Shown: positions 51,040 through 64,000 of the stretch, one piece after another | Layout: every line of letters begins with the position of its first letter | How positions within the stretch are numbered: the stretch's first letter is position 1 | Assembly (NCBI GenBank): GCA_002269645.1 | Contig: NIVC01000415.1 | Location: 496,001-560,000 of the forward strand | Length of the DNA stretch: 64,000 nucleotides | Direction of reading: 5' to 3' | Origin: Macrostomum lignano | Taxonomy: Eukaryota | Program-made: the position numbers and the translations under genes | Notes under the pieces: generated by a model | Told to the model about the DNA's origin: nothing | The model's input: the letters and a program-made list of their open reading frames with translations, nothing else | Database searches by the model: none

Positions 51040-51975
51040 GCCACTCTCAACTCCCAGATTATGCCAGCGCCACTCTCAACTCCCAGATTATGCCAGCGCC
51101 CCTCTCAACTCCCAGATTATGCCAGCGCCACTCTCAACTCCCAGATTATGCCAGCGCCACTCTCAACTCCCAGATTATGCCAGCGCCCCTCTCAACTCCC
51201 AGATTATGCCAGCGCCACTCTCAACTCCCAGATTATGCCAGCGCCACTCTCAACTCCCAGATTATGCCAGCGCCACTCTCAACTCCCAGATTATGGCAGC
51301 GCTACTCTCAACTCCCAGATTATGGCAGCGCCACTCTCAACTCCCAGATTATGCCAGCGCCACTCTCAACTCCCAGATTATGCCAGAGCCACTCTCAACT
51401 CCCAGATTATGGCAGCGCCACTCTCAACTCCCAGATTATGGCAGCGCCACTCTCAACTCCCAGATTATGCCAGCGCTACTCTCAACTCCCAGATTATGGC
51501 AGCGCCACTCTCAACTCCCAGATTATGCCAGTGCCACTCTCAACTCCCAGATTATGGCAGCGCTACTCTCAACTCCCAGATTATGGCAGCGCCACTCTCA
51601 ACTCCCAGATTATGGCAGCGCCACTCTCAACTCCCAGATTATGGCAGCGCCACTCTCAACTCCCAGATTATGCCAGCGCCACTCTCAACTCCCAGATTAT
51701 GCCAGCGCCACTCTCAACTCCCAGATTATGCCAGCGTTACTCTCAACTCCCAGATTATGGCAGCGCCACTCTCAACTCCCAGATTATGCCAGCGCCACTC
51801 TCAACTCCCAGATTATGGCAGCGCCACTCTCAACTCCCAGATTATGCCAGCGCTACTCTCAACTCCCAGATTATGGCAGCGCCACTCTCAACTCCCAGAT
51901 TATGCCAGCGCCACTCTCAACTCCCAGATTATGGCAGCGCTACTCTCAACTCCCAGATTACGGCAGCGCCACATC
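51040..51975. repeat. 29-bp minisatellite
   Basis: Unit cagcgccactctcaactcccagattatgc. Confidence 0.97.
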
Positions 51976-52364
51976 AAAATCCGTCACATCATCTATGAGC
52001 AACAATTATCAACAAAGCTGTGGAACAATCTGAAAAAAATGCAAAGTATATGCATTACTAGTGGAATGTTTGGCTAGTGGGACAGTTAAATCTCTGTTCC
52101 CCGATAATCCCTAGTTGGATTGGGACACAACCGCAATGCGCGGAGGTCCAACCAGCGCATGTTTAAGCAAGCTGAAAGATATCAACTGCCCTAACGATGG
52201 CTCTCATCAAACCGGGGCTGTCAAGTGCATACGTCATGGCATGCCCGGACATGACATGTCACGCAGTTTACAATTTGACGGCCGCCCAGCGACCACATTC
52301 TGCACTCAGTTGGCCTGAATGAATGCAAACAATGTATATTGGATTCGTGAATTTGTGATACTGC

Positions 52365-52552
52365 ATAGTCACGTGATAGATATTGTTTAGTCACGTGATA
52401 GATATTGTATACTCACGTGATAGATATTGAATACTCACGTGATAGATATTGTATAGTCACGTGATAGGTATTGTATAGTCAATTGATAGATATTGTATAA
52501 TCACGTGATAGATATTGTATAATCACGTGATAGATATTGTAAAGTCACGTGA
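52365..52552. repeat. 22-bp repeat carrying TCACGTGA, related to the 49790-50380 array
   Basis: Unit gtcacgtgatagatattgtata. Confidence 0.85.
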
Positions 52553-53194
52553 TACGAGCGTAGATATATTAAGTTTCACGAAAGAACATTACGTACTGTT
52601 TATAATATGACTTCTAAAACTATAAAGTAGTTTCAAGTTGTCCTTCCGTGCTTCTTCTTTAGCTTTCCCGATCTTATTTATCAAAGGATGGCTTTTTTCT
52701 AATTTGCTTGATTAAAAGAAGAAAATGGTGGCCTTTAGTGAACCGAAATTTCTAGACTAGGCTGAAGACGAAAAGAAGGACAAAAGTTAATTATTTCTTC
52801 AGTAGCGTTCGGGATAGACGGCTTGCAGGTTACAAAGGTTACAAAGGAGGCACGGAAGCGGTGGCGGCTTGCTCTGAAATGAGCCTAGGATTTGCAGAGT
52901 AAGCCCCGGTGTTTACTTTGGGCATGCAGGAAATTTCAATTGCTTTGATTGGGCAATCTTGAGAAATTGCAACAGACTTCTCCATCCTGCTCAGACTCAA
53001 AGCTGTTTGTTTTAAAAAAACTGAACTGAAAAAATCTAAATATCTAAAAATTTAAGAAAAATTGAACCTTATTGCACTACTTCTGTAGTCAAATAAGTAG
53101 AATGGTAAGCTTTTTATAACTCCTCCAACAAACTGATTTCCTAGAACGTTTTAGATCACAAGCGCAGACGCAGTGGGTGGGGGAGGATGGGGTG

Positions 53195-54140
53195 GAATCA
53201 TTCGGAGCGAATGGGTTGGGGTGGAATCATTAGGAGCGGATGGGTTGTGGTGGAATCATTAGGAGCGGATGGGTTGTGGTGGAATCATTAGGAGCGGATG
53301 GGTTGTGGTGGAATCATTAGGAGCGGATGGGTTGTGGTGGAATCATTAGGAGCGGATGGGTTGTGGTGGAATCATTAGGAGCGGATGGGTTGTGGTGGAA
53401 TCATTAGGAGCGGATGGGTTGGGGTGGAATCATTAGGAGCGGATGGGTTGTGGTGGAATCATTAGGAGCGGATGGGTTGTGGTGGAATCATTAGGAGCGG
53501 ATGGGTTGGGGTGGAATCATTAGGAGCGGATGGGTTGGGTTGGAATCATTAGGAGCGGATGGGTTGTGGTGGAATCATTAGGAGCGGATGGGTTGTGGTG
53601 GAATCATTAGGAGCGGATGGGTTGGGGTGGAATCATTAGGAGCGGATGGGTTGTGGTGGAATCATTAGGAGCGGATGGGTTGTGGTGGAATCATTAGGAG
53701 CGGATGGGTTGTGGTGGAATCATTAGGAGCGGATGGGTTGGGGTGGAATCATTAGGAGCGGATGGGTTGTGGTGGAATCATTAGGAGCGGATGGGTTGTG
53801 GTGGAATCATTAGGAGCGGATGGGTTGTGGTGGAATCATTAGGAGCGGATGGGTTGTGGTGGAATCATTAGGAGCGGATGGGTTGTGGTGGAATCATTAG
53901 GAGCGGATGGGTTGTGGTGGAATCATTAGGAGCGGATGGGTTGTGGTGGAATCATTAGGAGCGGATGGGTTGTGGTGGAATCATTAGGAGCGGATGGATT
54001 GGGGCGGAATCATTAGGAGCGGATGGATTGGGTTGGAATCATTAGGAGCGGATGGATTGGGTTGGAATCATTAGGAGCGGATGGGTTGTGGTGGAATCAT
54101 TAGGAGCGGATGGGTTGTGGTGGAATCATTAGGAGCGGAT
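53195..54140. repeat. 29-bp G-rich minisatellite
   Basis: Unit ggaatcattaggagcggatgggttgtggt. Confidence 0.97.
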
Positions 54141-55107
54141 AAGAGGGTTGGAGCTTTGGGCGGATGTGATGACGGATGAGAGGGCGGATATATGGGGAGG
54201 ATAAGGAAGCGGATAAGGGCAGTTTAATTTCCACTCTCAGATACTGAAAGCCGTAAAATTATTCGATATTCAGAGTTTTATTATTTAAAAATCCCAAAAA
54301 ATTGTCACGTACAAGAATAATCTTAAGAATGCTTTTATCATTAGCTTCTCCATTGTCTATAGCGTTAGCTTGTTCGCCTCTTCAGAAACTCAAAATTGTA
54401 CAAGCAGAGGAGCATCTGCTAAATTTCTCAAGCACAAGAAGCGAATGGGACCACCGTGTAGGTAAAATTATCTATTGGTGACGTGTGTTTATTTCATATC
54501 GGCACACACAATACAAGAAGGGTTTGACCACATTCTCAGGTTTTGTATACAGATTTTATGCTACTCTTACGATAGATTTGAAGCAATTTGTATTGTAAAG
54601 TATTTAGTATACTCTATTGAAATATTTTGCTTTGCTTAATAAGCCTTTGATATTTCCATTGTATCCTTGCATAATTTATTTTGTTTAAATTTAGATGCTC
54701 ACTATTTAAAAATAAGTCTCATCTCTACCTGATCTCCTCTCTACCCCCCTGGTCTCATCTCTACCTGATCTCCTCTCTACTCCCTGTTCTCATCTCTACT
54801 CTCTCCATCTTCTCCCTGATCTCATCTCTACTCTCCCCATCTCTCCCTGTTCTCATCTCTACTCTCCCCATCTCTCCCTGGTCTCTCTTCCTATCTCCTC
54901 CCTATCGGTCTAATTTATATCTCTTTGAGCTCGCCAATTTACAGCGCAACATTTCGATAGCGAACAGTTTATTAATTTTTGTGAGGAAGAGAGAGAGAGC
55001 ATTAGGAAGTTAATTTTACTAGCCTAGCTGTACGAGTAACTTATCCAAAAAGTTAACTCTCTTCAACAAGCGATGAAGATGACTCTCTGATTTTGCGTTG
55101 TCGATTT

Positions 55108-57439
55108 TTACAACTCTTGCTTGGCGTCGGTGTCTTCCTCTGACTTCACCTCCCCTTCATCGTCTGTTTTATCCGACTTCTCCTCTTCATCTTTGGTCTT
55201 GTCAGAATCCTCGTTGTTTCCAGGCTCATTTGGCTCTTTGAAGTCGTTAATTCCCTGAAATTTGCATTAGATTTGTTCAATACAGTTTAAAACAAATCTT
55301 AAGAAGTCTAATAGCTACGGCTGTTCAGTCCAAGGACTGGGGGTCACCACACACACCCTCAATTACCCCAGCTAAGTGAACTGAAGCAATGCAGAAAGAA
55401 GTGTCTTGGTCAAAGAAATTTTTCCGAGAGGGTCGAGAATCGAACCCCCGACCGTACAGTCGTGAGTCCGACGCTCTAACCGCTAGGCTACAACCCCTAC
55501 CAAGGATGTCTAAAAGAAACGTATATATACATAAGTTGTCCTTCCTTGCAGTAAAAGTTATGATACGATATACTCGTAGTTAAGAACGCTCACCGGTTGC
55601 TTTTTGCCGTTGGAGTCGAGGAAAATCTTTAAACTTTCCAGCTTACGATCAACTCCATAGTAATCAATGACGTCGTTAGAGTTCGCTGGGAACAGTTTCA
55701 GCGTTGGAAAGCTCATGACCTTCATGTCCGGCAGCTCGTTCTCTGAGCTGTCCATCTTGGCAATCATAATCGTGTCGTTGTGAGCATAGTCCTTAGCCAG
55801 CTGCTCCCACACCGGCGCCAGCTCCTTGCTGTGATCGCACCAGGGAGCGTAGAACATGACAAAGACTGTCTTGTTTTGGTCCATCGTCACTTCGTCGAAG
55901 TTCTTTCTAACTAGAACTTTCACCGGCTCCTTGTCCCAGTCGTCAGGCAGTTCCTGCGAAGCAAGATGCGGATCAATCTCATTGTCCAGCACGTCTTGGA
56001 CAAACTCGGTGACCCCTTCGGTTGTGACGCTTTCAAAAGTTGGTCGAAACTTGGACATGTTCCTGTCCAGGGCAATCACCCTGACTGACGGCGGATCCGA
56101 CGGTTTGACGCCGAAGAACTGCAAGATCTTCTCGTTGTCGCCATTGTCTACGTCAATGTAGATGAAAATCACGCGATCTTTGAAGCTCTTGGCTGACTCG
56201 CGGAACTGGCTGAACGAAGATTTGAACTGTTGCTCCTGCGACTTGCGGACAAACAGCAGCGCGTGTTTGGCGATGTCGCCACCAAAGATGTCCGGGGCGC
56301 TGTGGTGGGTGAACTCGACAACCAGCGGTAGTTTGTTTGCTTTAACAAACGCAGCGATACTGTCAACATCGAACGGCCCCTCATAACTTAAACGTTCTTT
56401 GTCAACATTTTTAAACATCAAGATGGTGTCCCTGGCAACTTGGTAGTGTGCCATCAGTTCTTCGTTGTCGGTCACACCACATGGTACTTCGTTAAGTCGA
56501 GTAAACGCAGTATCTTCTAGAAGCTTGGACATCTCTGTGAAGTTATCTTTTGAGAACAGACCTAACAGGGTGACACTATCAGCCGTTGTAAATTCTTCAG
56601 CCTCTTTGATAGTCGTAATAGCAGTGGTTGCCTGCTTCATCTTCGTTTCAATCCACGATACAACGGATTCACCAGTTTTTCCACCGTTGTAGCCAATGAC
56701 TAAGTCGCCTTTAAAGAACTTCAATGTTGGGTAACCTTTGACGTCGTACTTTTCGGCAAACTTCTTTTCAACAGAAGCGTCGACTCGAGCCAGTCTGACT
56801 GGGGAATTCTTTTCTTTGAGAATGAAGCCGGCCTTCACAAATTCTGGAGCAAACTCGCGGCTGTGAATGCACCACGGAGCGTCTGAAAGATGTGGAATAT
56901 GCATGTTTATCGAGTGGGATCTGAGGGATATTTCGTAGCTACATTGTAGTAGTTTATTAGATTATGGCAATTGAACGTGTTAGGTTTAATACATTTCATT
57001 CTACGCTCGTAGCTCATCAACTTGATCAGATGGACGTACTTGTACAAATAAAATACCATTCAATATTTATTTAACATTCATATATTTAATTTAAGTGATG
57101 TTCGAAACTTTTGACTATTTGTAAATTAAAAATCATGGTAAATATTACAATATCATAACAATATTATGGACCACAACATGTATATTATAATATGCACAAT
57201 AACTTACAAAACTTAATTAACATTGCTGGATATGACTTAATTACTTCTTCGTAGTTTTGATCCGTCAAAACCAAGATTCCAGCCTCTTCATGCTGTCGAT
57301 CAAATTCATTTAGTTCTTCCTTCTTCTCTTCCTTCGAATTCGCAGAGGGATCTCCACCAGTCGCTTTTGATTCATCCGAGGCGGTCAGAGCGACGACAGC
57401 CGCCGATGCAAACAATATTATGAAGTAAACAAGCCGCAT
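55108..57439 (-). CDS. PDI: Protein disulfide isomerase family protein, a-b-b'-a'-c architecture, both active sites CXXS (exons 57439-57208, 56882-55594, 55254-55108; ~555 aa)
   Basis: Signal peptide MRLVYFIILFASAAVVALTAS; ILVLTDQNY; F|YAPWCIHS; VARVDA; GYPTLKFF; LPLVVEF; FIYIDVD; WDKEPVKVLV; FYAPWCDHS; IAKMDS; SFPTLKLF; acidic tail ending KQEL*. Junctions T|gtaagt..tcag|AC (phase 1) and CCG|gtgagc..tcag|GGA (phase 0). Confidence 0.93.
55424..55498 (-). pseudogene. tRNA-like sequence (SINE head or tRNA pseudogene) in PDI intron 2
   Basis: Minus strand GGGGTTGTAGCCTAGCGGTTAGAGCG...GGGGGTTCGATTCTCGACCCT has A and B boxes, but the anticodon and T stems do not pair. Confidence 0.65.
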
Positions 57440-59059
57440 TTGGTAGTTAAAATCCTAGGGACTATGTTCGAGTTTAGTATTAAGTAATTGTATCTTTTTC
57501 TGACCGTTGTATTTTAGGTGAACACTATAATTGGATTTATACAGAATTTAATTAAAGTCTGCATGCTTTATCGCGCAAACTGAGTATAACAAAAAAAGAA
57601 AAAATTCTTAAAAATTAGTATCCTTTAGAATGCAAAAGCGTTGAATAAAATTTTTCCATGATATAGTTTCTTTGTCAAAATTAAATTAAATATTTTTTGG
57701 GGACATTATTAAATATTTCCAACTTTTCAACTTTTTGCACTTTCTACGAAGCAATTGAAAATATACAGTTCTGGCTAGGTTGGCCAATGAACAAAGTGTT
57801 TTTGCCTGAGCATAAAGCTTATGCAAAAAATATATATTATAATATATATAGCATACCACGACAAAGGCATTCAACCTATGGTATTTACTGTAAAAATAAT
57901 GAGATATGCAAGCTAACCTGAGGAAGGCAAAGATTAGGAAAGGAAACAAGAAGGCCTAATAATCAGTGATCACCTAATCAATCATGATTCATACTCATTG
58001 TTGTAGACATGTTTTCTTATCATTATGAACTCATAGAAATAGGGACTGATTAAAACTTTAATTTGACAAATTTTAACAAAATTCCTAAACTTAAAGTTAC
58101 TAAACATATTATTTAGTATAGTATTTTAGCATTTAGGCCCAATCTAATTGAATTATGTTTCTAAGGCTACAAAATAGATAACAGTATAGCATCTATAGGA
58201 ATACCCATATGGCTATATAATTTCCTTTTATAGGTCCATTCTAAACAAGTCTTTCTTCATTAAAATATATAATATAGAAGACAAATAAACAAATATATAT
58301 TTGTATAAATATTATAAATAGTATTACTTATTACTATTAGTCTAAATAATGAAAAATTATTTTTGTTGTTAAATAAATTGCAAAACTAAATCATATCTTT
58401 TTTCAAAACAAAATTGGTACATTTTTTATTTGTACAATACCTCTAGGCCTATGTTTTATAAATATGTTTAAGCAAATTGAAATATTAGTTCCTTAATTAA
58501 TAATTATTTTTATAGGCCCCTATTATTTTATATAAAAATATTTTTATTAATAAACAAATACATACTATTGCTAAGTCCAAAACTTTATATTTATAATATA
58601 GTCAAGGTATGTAGCTTTATCAATTTTTTATAAAATAAATATTTTTACAGAATAAATATTTTTATTATATGTTTATAGTTGCTAAGAATAAGATAATAAC
58701 TACTTAGTGATATTGCATTTAAGCCCAAAAAGCCTAATATATATTAACAAAATTTTTTTTCATCTAAAACTATATTAGCCACAGCTTAAAAAAATTTTAT
58801 ATTCTAAAAATTTTATGTTATATGTACTTCTTTGTCTTTTATAAATAAGACCTTAAGCTTGAATTGAAGCTATAATTTAAATTCTTTTAAATGAAAAGTT
58901 GACTTTAGTATGTTAATATTTTTATATGGTTTGCAGATATGTTTTTATAGAGAAGTTGCTATGACCATAGCATATTCTATAAACTAATATATATAGAAAG
59001 CTTTATAAAATAGTTCATCTAAATTTTATTCCAGAATTTTGCCAACAAAACTTTTTACA

Positions 59060-59790
59060 ATGGATGGACTAACTAAACTTCAAGATGAGCTTACAATTGA
59101 GGTAATAATCCATTAAATAAATTAATTTTTTATTAAAGTAATGATTCATAATAATATCCCTACCTCACATGTTGGCAATATCTGGCCTCCCTATTTGTCT
59201 TCAACTATTTATCATAAACTTGTAGTTGAAGTTGCTGCATGAGCACCTAATTTTTTTCGAAGCATATAAATTTATCACTTGCTTGTTGCTTTGCCCTCTT
59301 CTTTTGTCCATCTCGTGTTGTCTCCTTTCTCCTCTCCCCTTTCCATCTCCTCTCCTCTTCTCTTTCCTCTTCTCTCTCCCCCCTTTCCTATCTCCTTACC
59401 TCTCTCTTTACAGTGTAAATACACAGAAGGAAAAGCTATTTTTGTCAATTTATTTTGTTATATAGCTACTGAGTACAGAAGGTTTCAAACCCCTGCCCTA
59501 TCTGATTGATTAACCGACTGCACAATTCCTACAACTAATTAAAGGACTTCGACTGTCTACACTTTGTTGACACCCAAGCTTTGAAGGAGCTCAGAGAAAA
59601 TCCAGCTCGCCAGAAACCCGGAGCATTCGATCCAGACAGACTCACCGCCTGTTTTGAGCGCGTTGTAGCCCAGCTAGACGAGCTGAGAGCGGCTCTGCAT
59701 CAGGACCAGAGCAGGCTGATTGAGCGGGCCAAAACTGAGGAGAGTCGATGCAGAGACGAAGTGGCTAGTATCTATGCCACGTTTGAGCAG
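59060..59790 (+). CDS. EXOC5: Exocyst component 5 (Sec10), first two coding exons (59060-59101, 59545-59790); continues beyond the window
   Basis: MDGLTKLQDELTIE|DFDCLHFVDTQAL...PGAFDPDRLTACFERVVAQLDEL..coiled coil..EQ matches the recalled Sec10 N-terminus (EPF..E(Y/F)(I/V)ERL...FDPKRL..F). Junctions GAG|gtaata, aaag|GAC and CAG|gtgaga are phase 0. Confidence 0.72.
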
Positions 59791-59974
59791 GTGAGATTGT
59801 TGATAACTGCAGCCTCGTCTGGGTTAGTGGACACTGTAGAATTAGTTTAGTTTGGAATCATAGGATAAAATTCATATATTGACGTTGGTGTTATAATAAT
59901 CATCTAAATAAGTTTAGGTTAACCAACTAATGAATTTAGGTCAACCAATCTAATTAGCTTAGCTTAGGTTAGCC

Positions 59975-60500
59975 ATCGAATGAGTTTAGGTTAAACTACC
60001 TAATGAGTTTAGGTTAAACTACCTAATGAGTTTAGGTTAAACTACCTAATGAGTTTAGGTTAAACTGTCTAATGAGTTTAGGTTACACTACCTAATGAGT
60101 TTAGGTTAAACTATCTAATGAGTTTAGGTTACACTACCTAATGAGTTTAGGTTAAAATGTCTAATGAGTTTAGGTTACACTACCTAATGAGTTTAGGTTA
60201 AACTATCTAATGAGTTTAGGTTACACTACCTAATGAGTTTAGGTTAAACTATCTAATGAGTTTAGGTTACACTACCTAATGAGTTTAGGTTACACTACCT
60301 AATGAGTTTAGGTTAAACTGTCTAATGAGTTTAGGTTACACTACCTAATGAGTTTAGGTTACACTACCTAATGAGTTTAGGTTACACTACCTAATGAGTT
60401 TAGGTTAAACTGTCTAATGAGTTTAGGTTACACTACCTAATGAGTTTGGTTAAACTGTCTAATGAGTTTAGGTTAAACTACCTAATGAGTTTAGGTTAAA
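59975..60500. repeat. 23-bp minisatellite in EXOC5 intron
   Basis: Unit ttaggttaaactacctaatgagt. Confidence 0.95.
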
Positions 60501-60508
60501 CTAGCAAT

Positions 60509-61140
60509 CTAGTGCGGCCCCCTTCGGGGCGCCCAATAAGAAAGGAGCAAAAATAGTTCATGGAAAACAATAAAAAAACACATTTTCTTAAACACTAATT
60601 CCTTCTTCACATTTTAAAAATCACCTTATTCGTGTAAAATTGTCACGGACTAAGATGTTTGCAAAATAAAAAAATCACTTTTTCTCTAAAATTAACAAAC
60701 AGTCAACAAAATATCGTTTCCCTAAATAGAAAATATTCCCAAGATAGCAAGCAACCCCCTCCAAAAGTGAACAATCGCAGATACTGTAGCAAGCATCCTC
60801 TAATGCTCATAGCAAGAATCACCACAGATAGCAAGCATCTGCAGATTAGCAAGCACCCCCCAGATATTATAGAAGCATCCACCCAGATAGCAAGCATCCA
60901 CCCAGATAGCAAGCATTCTATAGATAGCAAGAACCCCCCAGATATTATAGAAGCATCCACCTAGATAGCAAGCATCCTGCAGATAGCAAGAATCCCTAAA
61001 TAGCAAGCATCCTGCAGATAGCAAGAATCCCTAAATAGCAAGCATCCCTGGATAGAAAGAATCCCATGCATGTAGCCAGTACCCCCTCTCCCAAATAGCA
61101 AGTATCCCCCCTCAAGAGCAAGCATCCACGAGACAGCAAG
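60509..61140 (-). mobile_element. Helitron-like non-autonomous element, copy 2
   Basis: The minus strand ends GGCGCCCC-GAA-GGGGGCC-GCA-CTAG; homologous to 3796-3998 and 4787-5245, including cagatagcaagcatcc repeats. Confidence 0.6.
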
Positions 61141-61169
61141 TAGCTAGTGCAAATGTTACTTCCGCTAAT

Positions 61170-61375
61170 GCAATAATCGCTTTCTCAGGTTGTGCAACAA
61201 TCCACGTCTCAGCGAGCGCAATAATCTCTTTTTTAGACAGCGCAGTAATCAGCTTCTCAGCTAGTGCAATAATCCTTGGTTTATTAATAGCAATAATCCT
61301 TGATTAATCAAGTGCAATAATCCTTGGTTTATCAAGTGCAATAATCCTTGGTTTATCAAGTGCAGTAATCTTTGG
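61170..61375. repeat. Degenerate ~24-bp repeat next to the LINE tail
   Basis: gcaataatccttggtttatcaagt-like units. Confidence 0.7.

Positions 61376-64000
<2,625 letters not shown>

Noticed and set aside
55424-55498. Functional tRNA-Val(CAC)
   Set aside because: The anticodon stem (TCGGA/CTGTA) and T stem do not pair; kept only as a tRNA-derived relic.
47569-59790. Syt7-PDI-EXOC5 as a functional secretory gene cluster
   Set aside because: Secretory-pathway genes are numerous, and nothing in the sequence shows co-regulation or conserved synteny.
59975-60500. TTAGG-containing repeats as telomeric sequence (also tagggttagg at 3781 and the (TTAG)n tract)
   Set aside because: TTAGG is only part of a 23-bp unit; there is no run of TTAGGG or TTAGG hexamers/pentamers.

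Overview
Eukaryotic (metazoan) genomic DNA; a flatworm such as Macrostomum is a tentative guess from compact GC-rich exons with poly-Ala/Gln runs and minisatellite-filled introns. Seven protein-coding genes can be built with GT-AG junctions: PISD (-, 5' part), DYRK1/minibrain (+), ERCC3/XPB (+), an SSUH2-like zinc-finger gene (+, with a frame discontinuity), synaptotagmin-7-like (-), a PDI-family protein (-) and EXOC5/Sec10 (+, 5' part). The rest is more than 20 different tandem arrays plus mobile DNA: three TIR MITEs with 8-bp TSDs, a mariner remnant, tRNA-derived SINEs, two Helitron-like copies and a near-intact RT+RNase H non-LTR element of the LOA/R1 group. A tandem duplication covers the XPB 3' end. 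The 1400-aa and other long repetitive ORFs are minisatellite artefacts. Most notable: a PDI whose two active sites are both CXXS (WCIHS/WCDHS, Eug1p-like) with a KQEL tail; minisatellites made of ETS or E-box consensus motifs; a dispersed TAGGCCTA cluster; a satellite seeded on the Syt7 stop codon; and 3' splice acceptors just before most start codons, suggestive of SL trans-splicing. Family calls rest on remembered motifs, not database searches; repeat boundaries are approximate.
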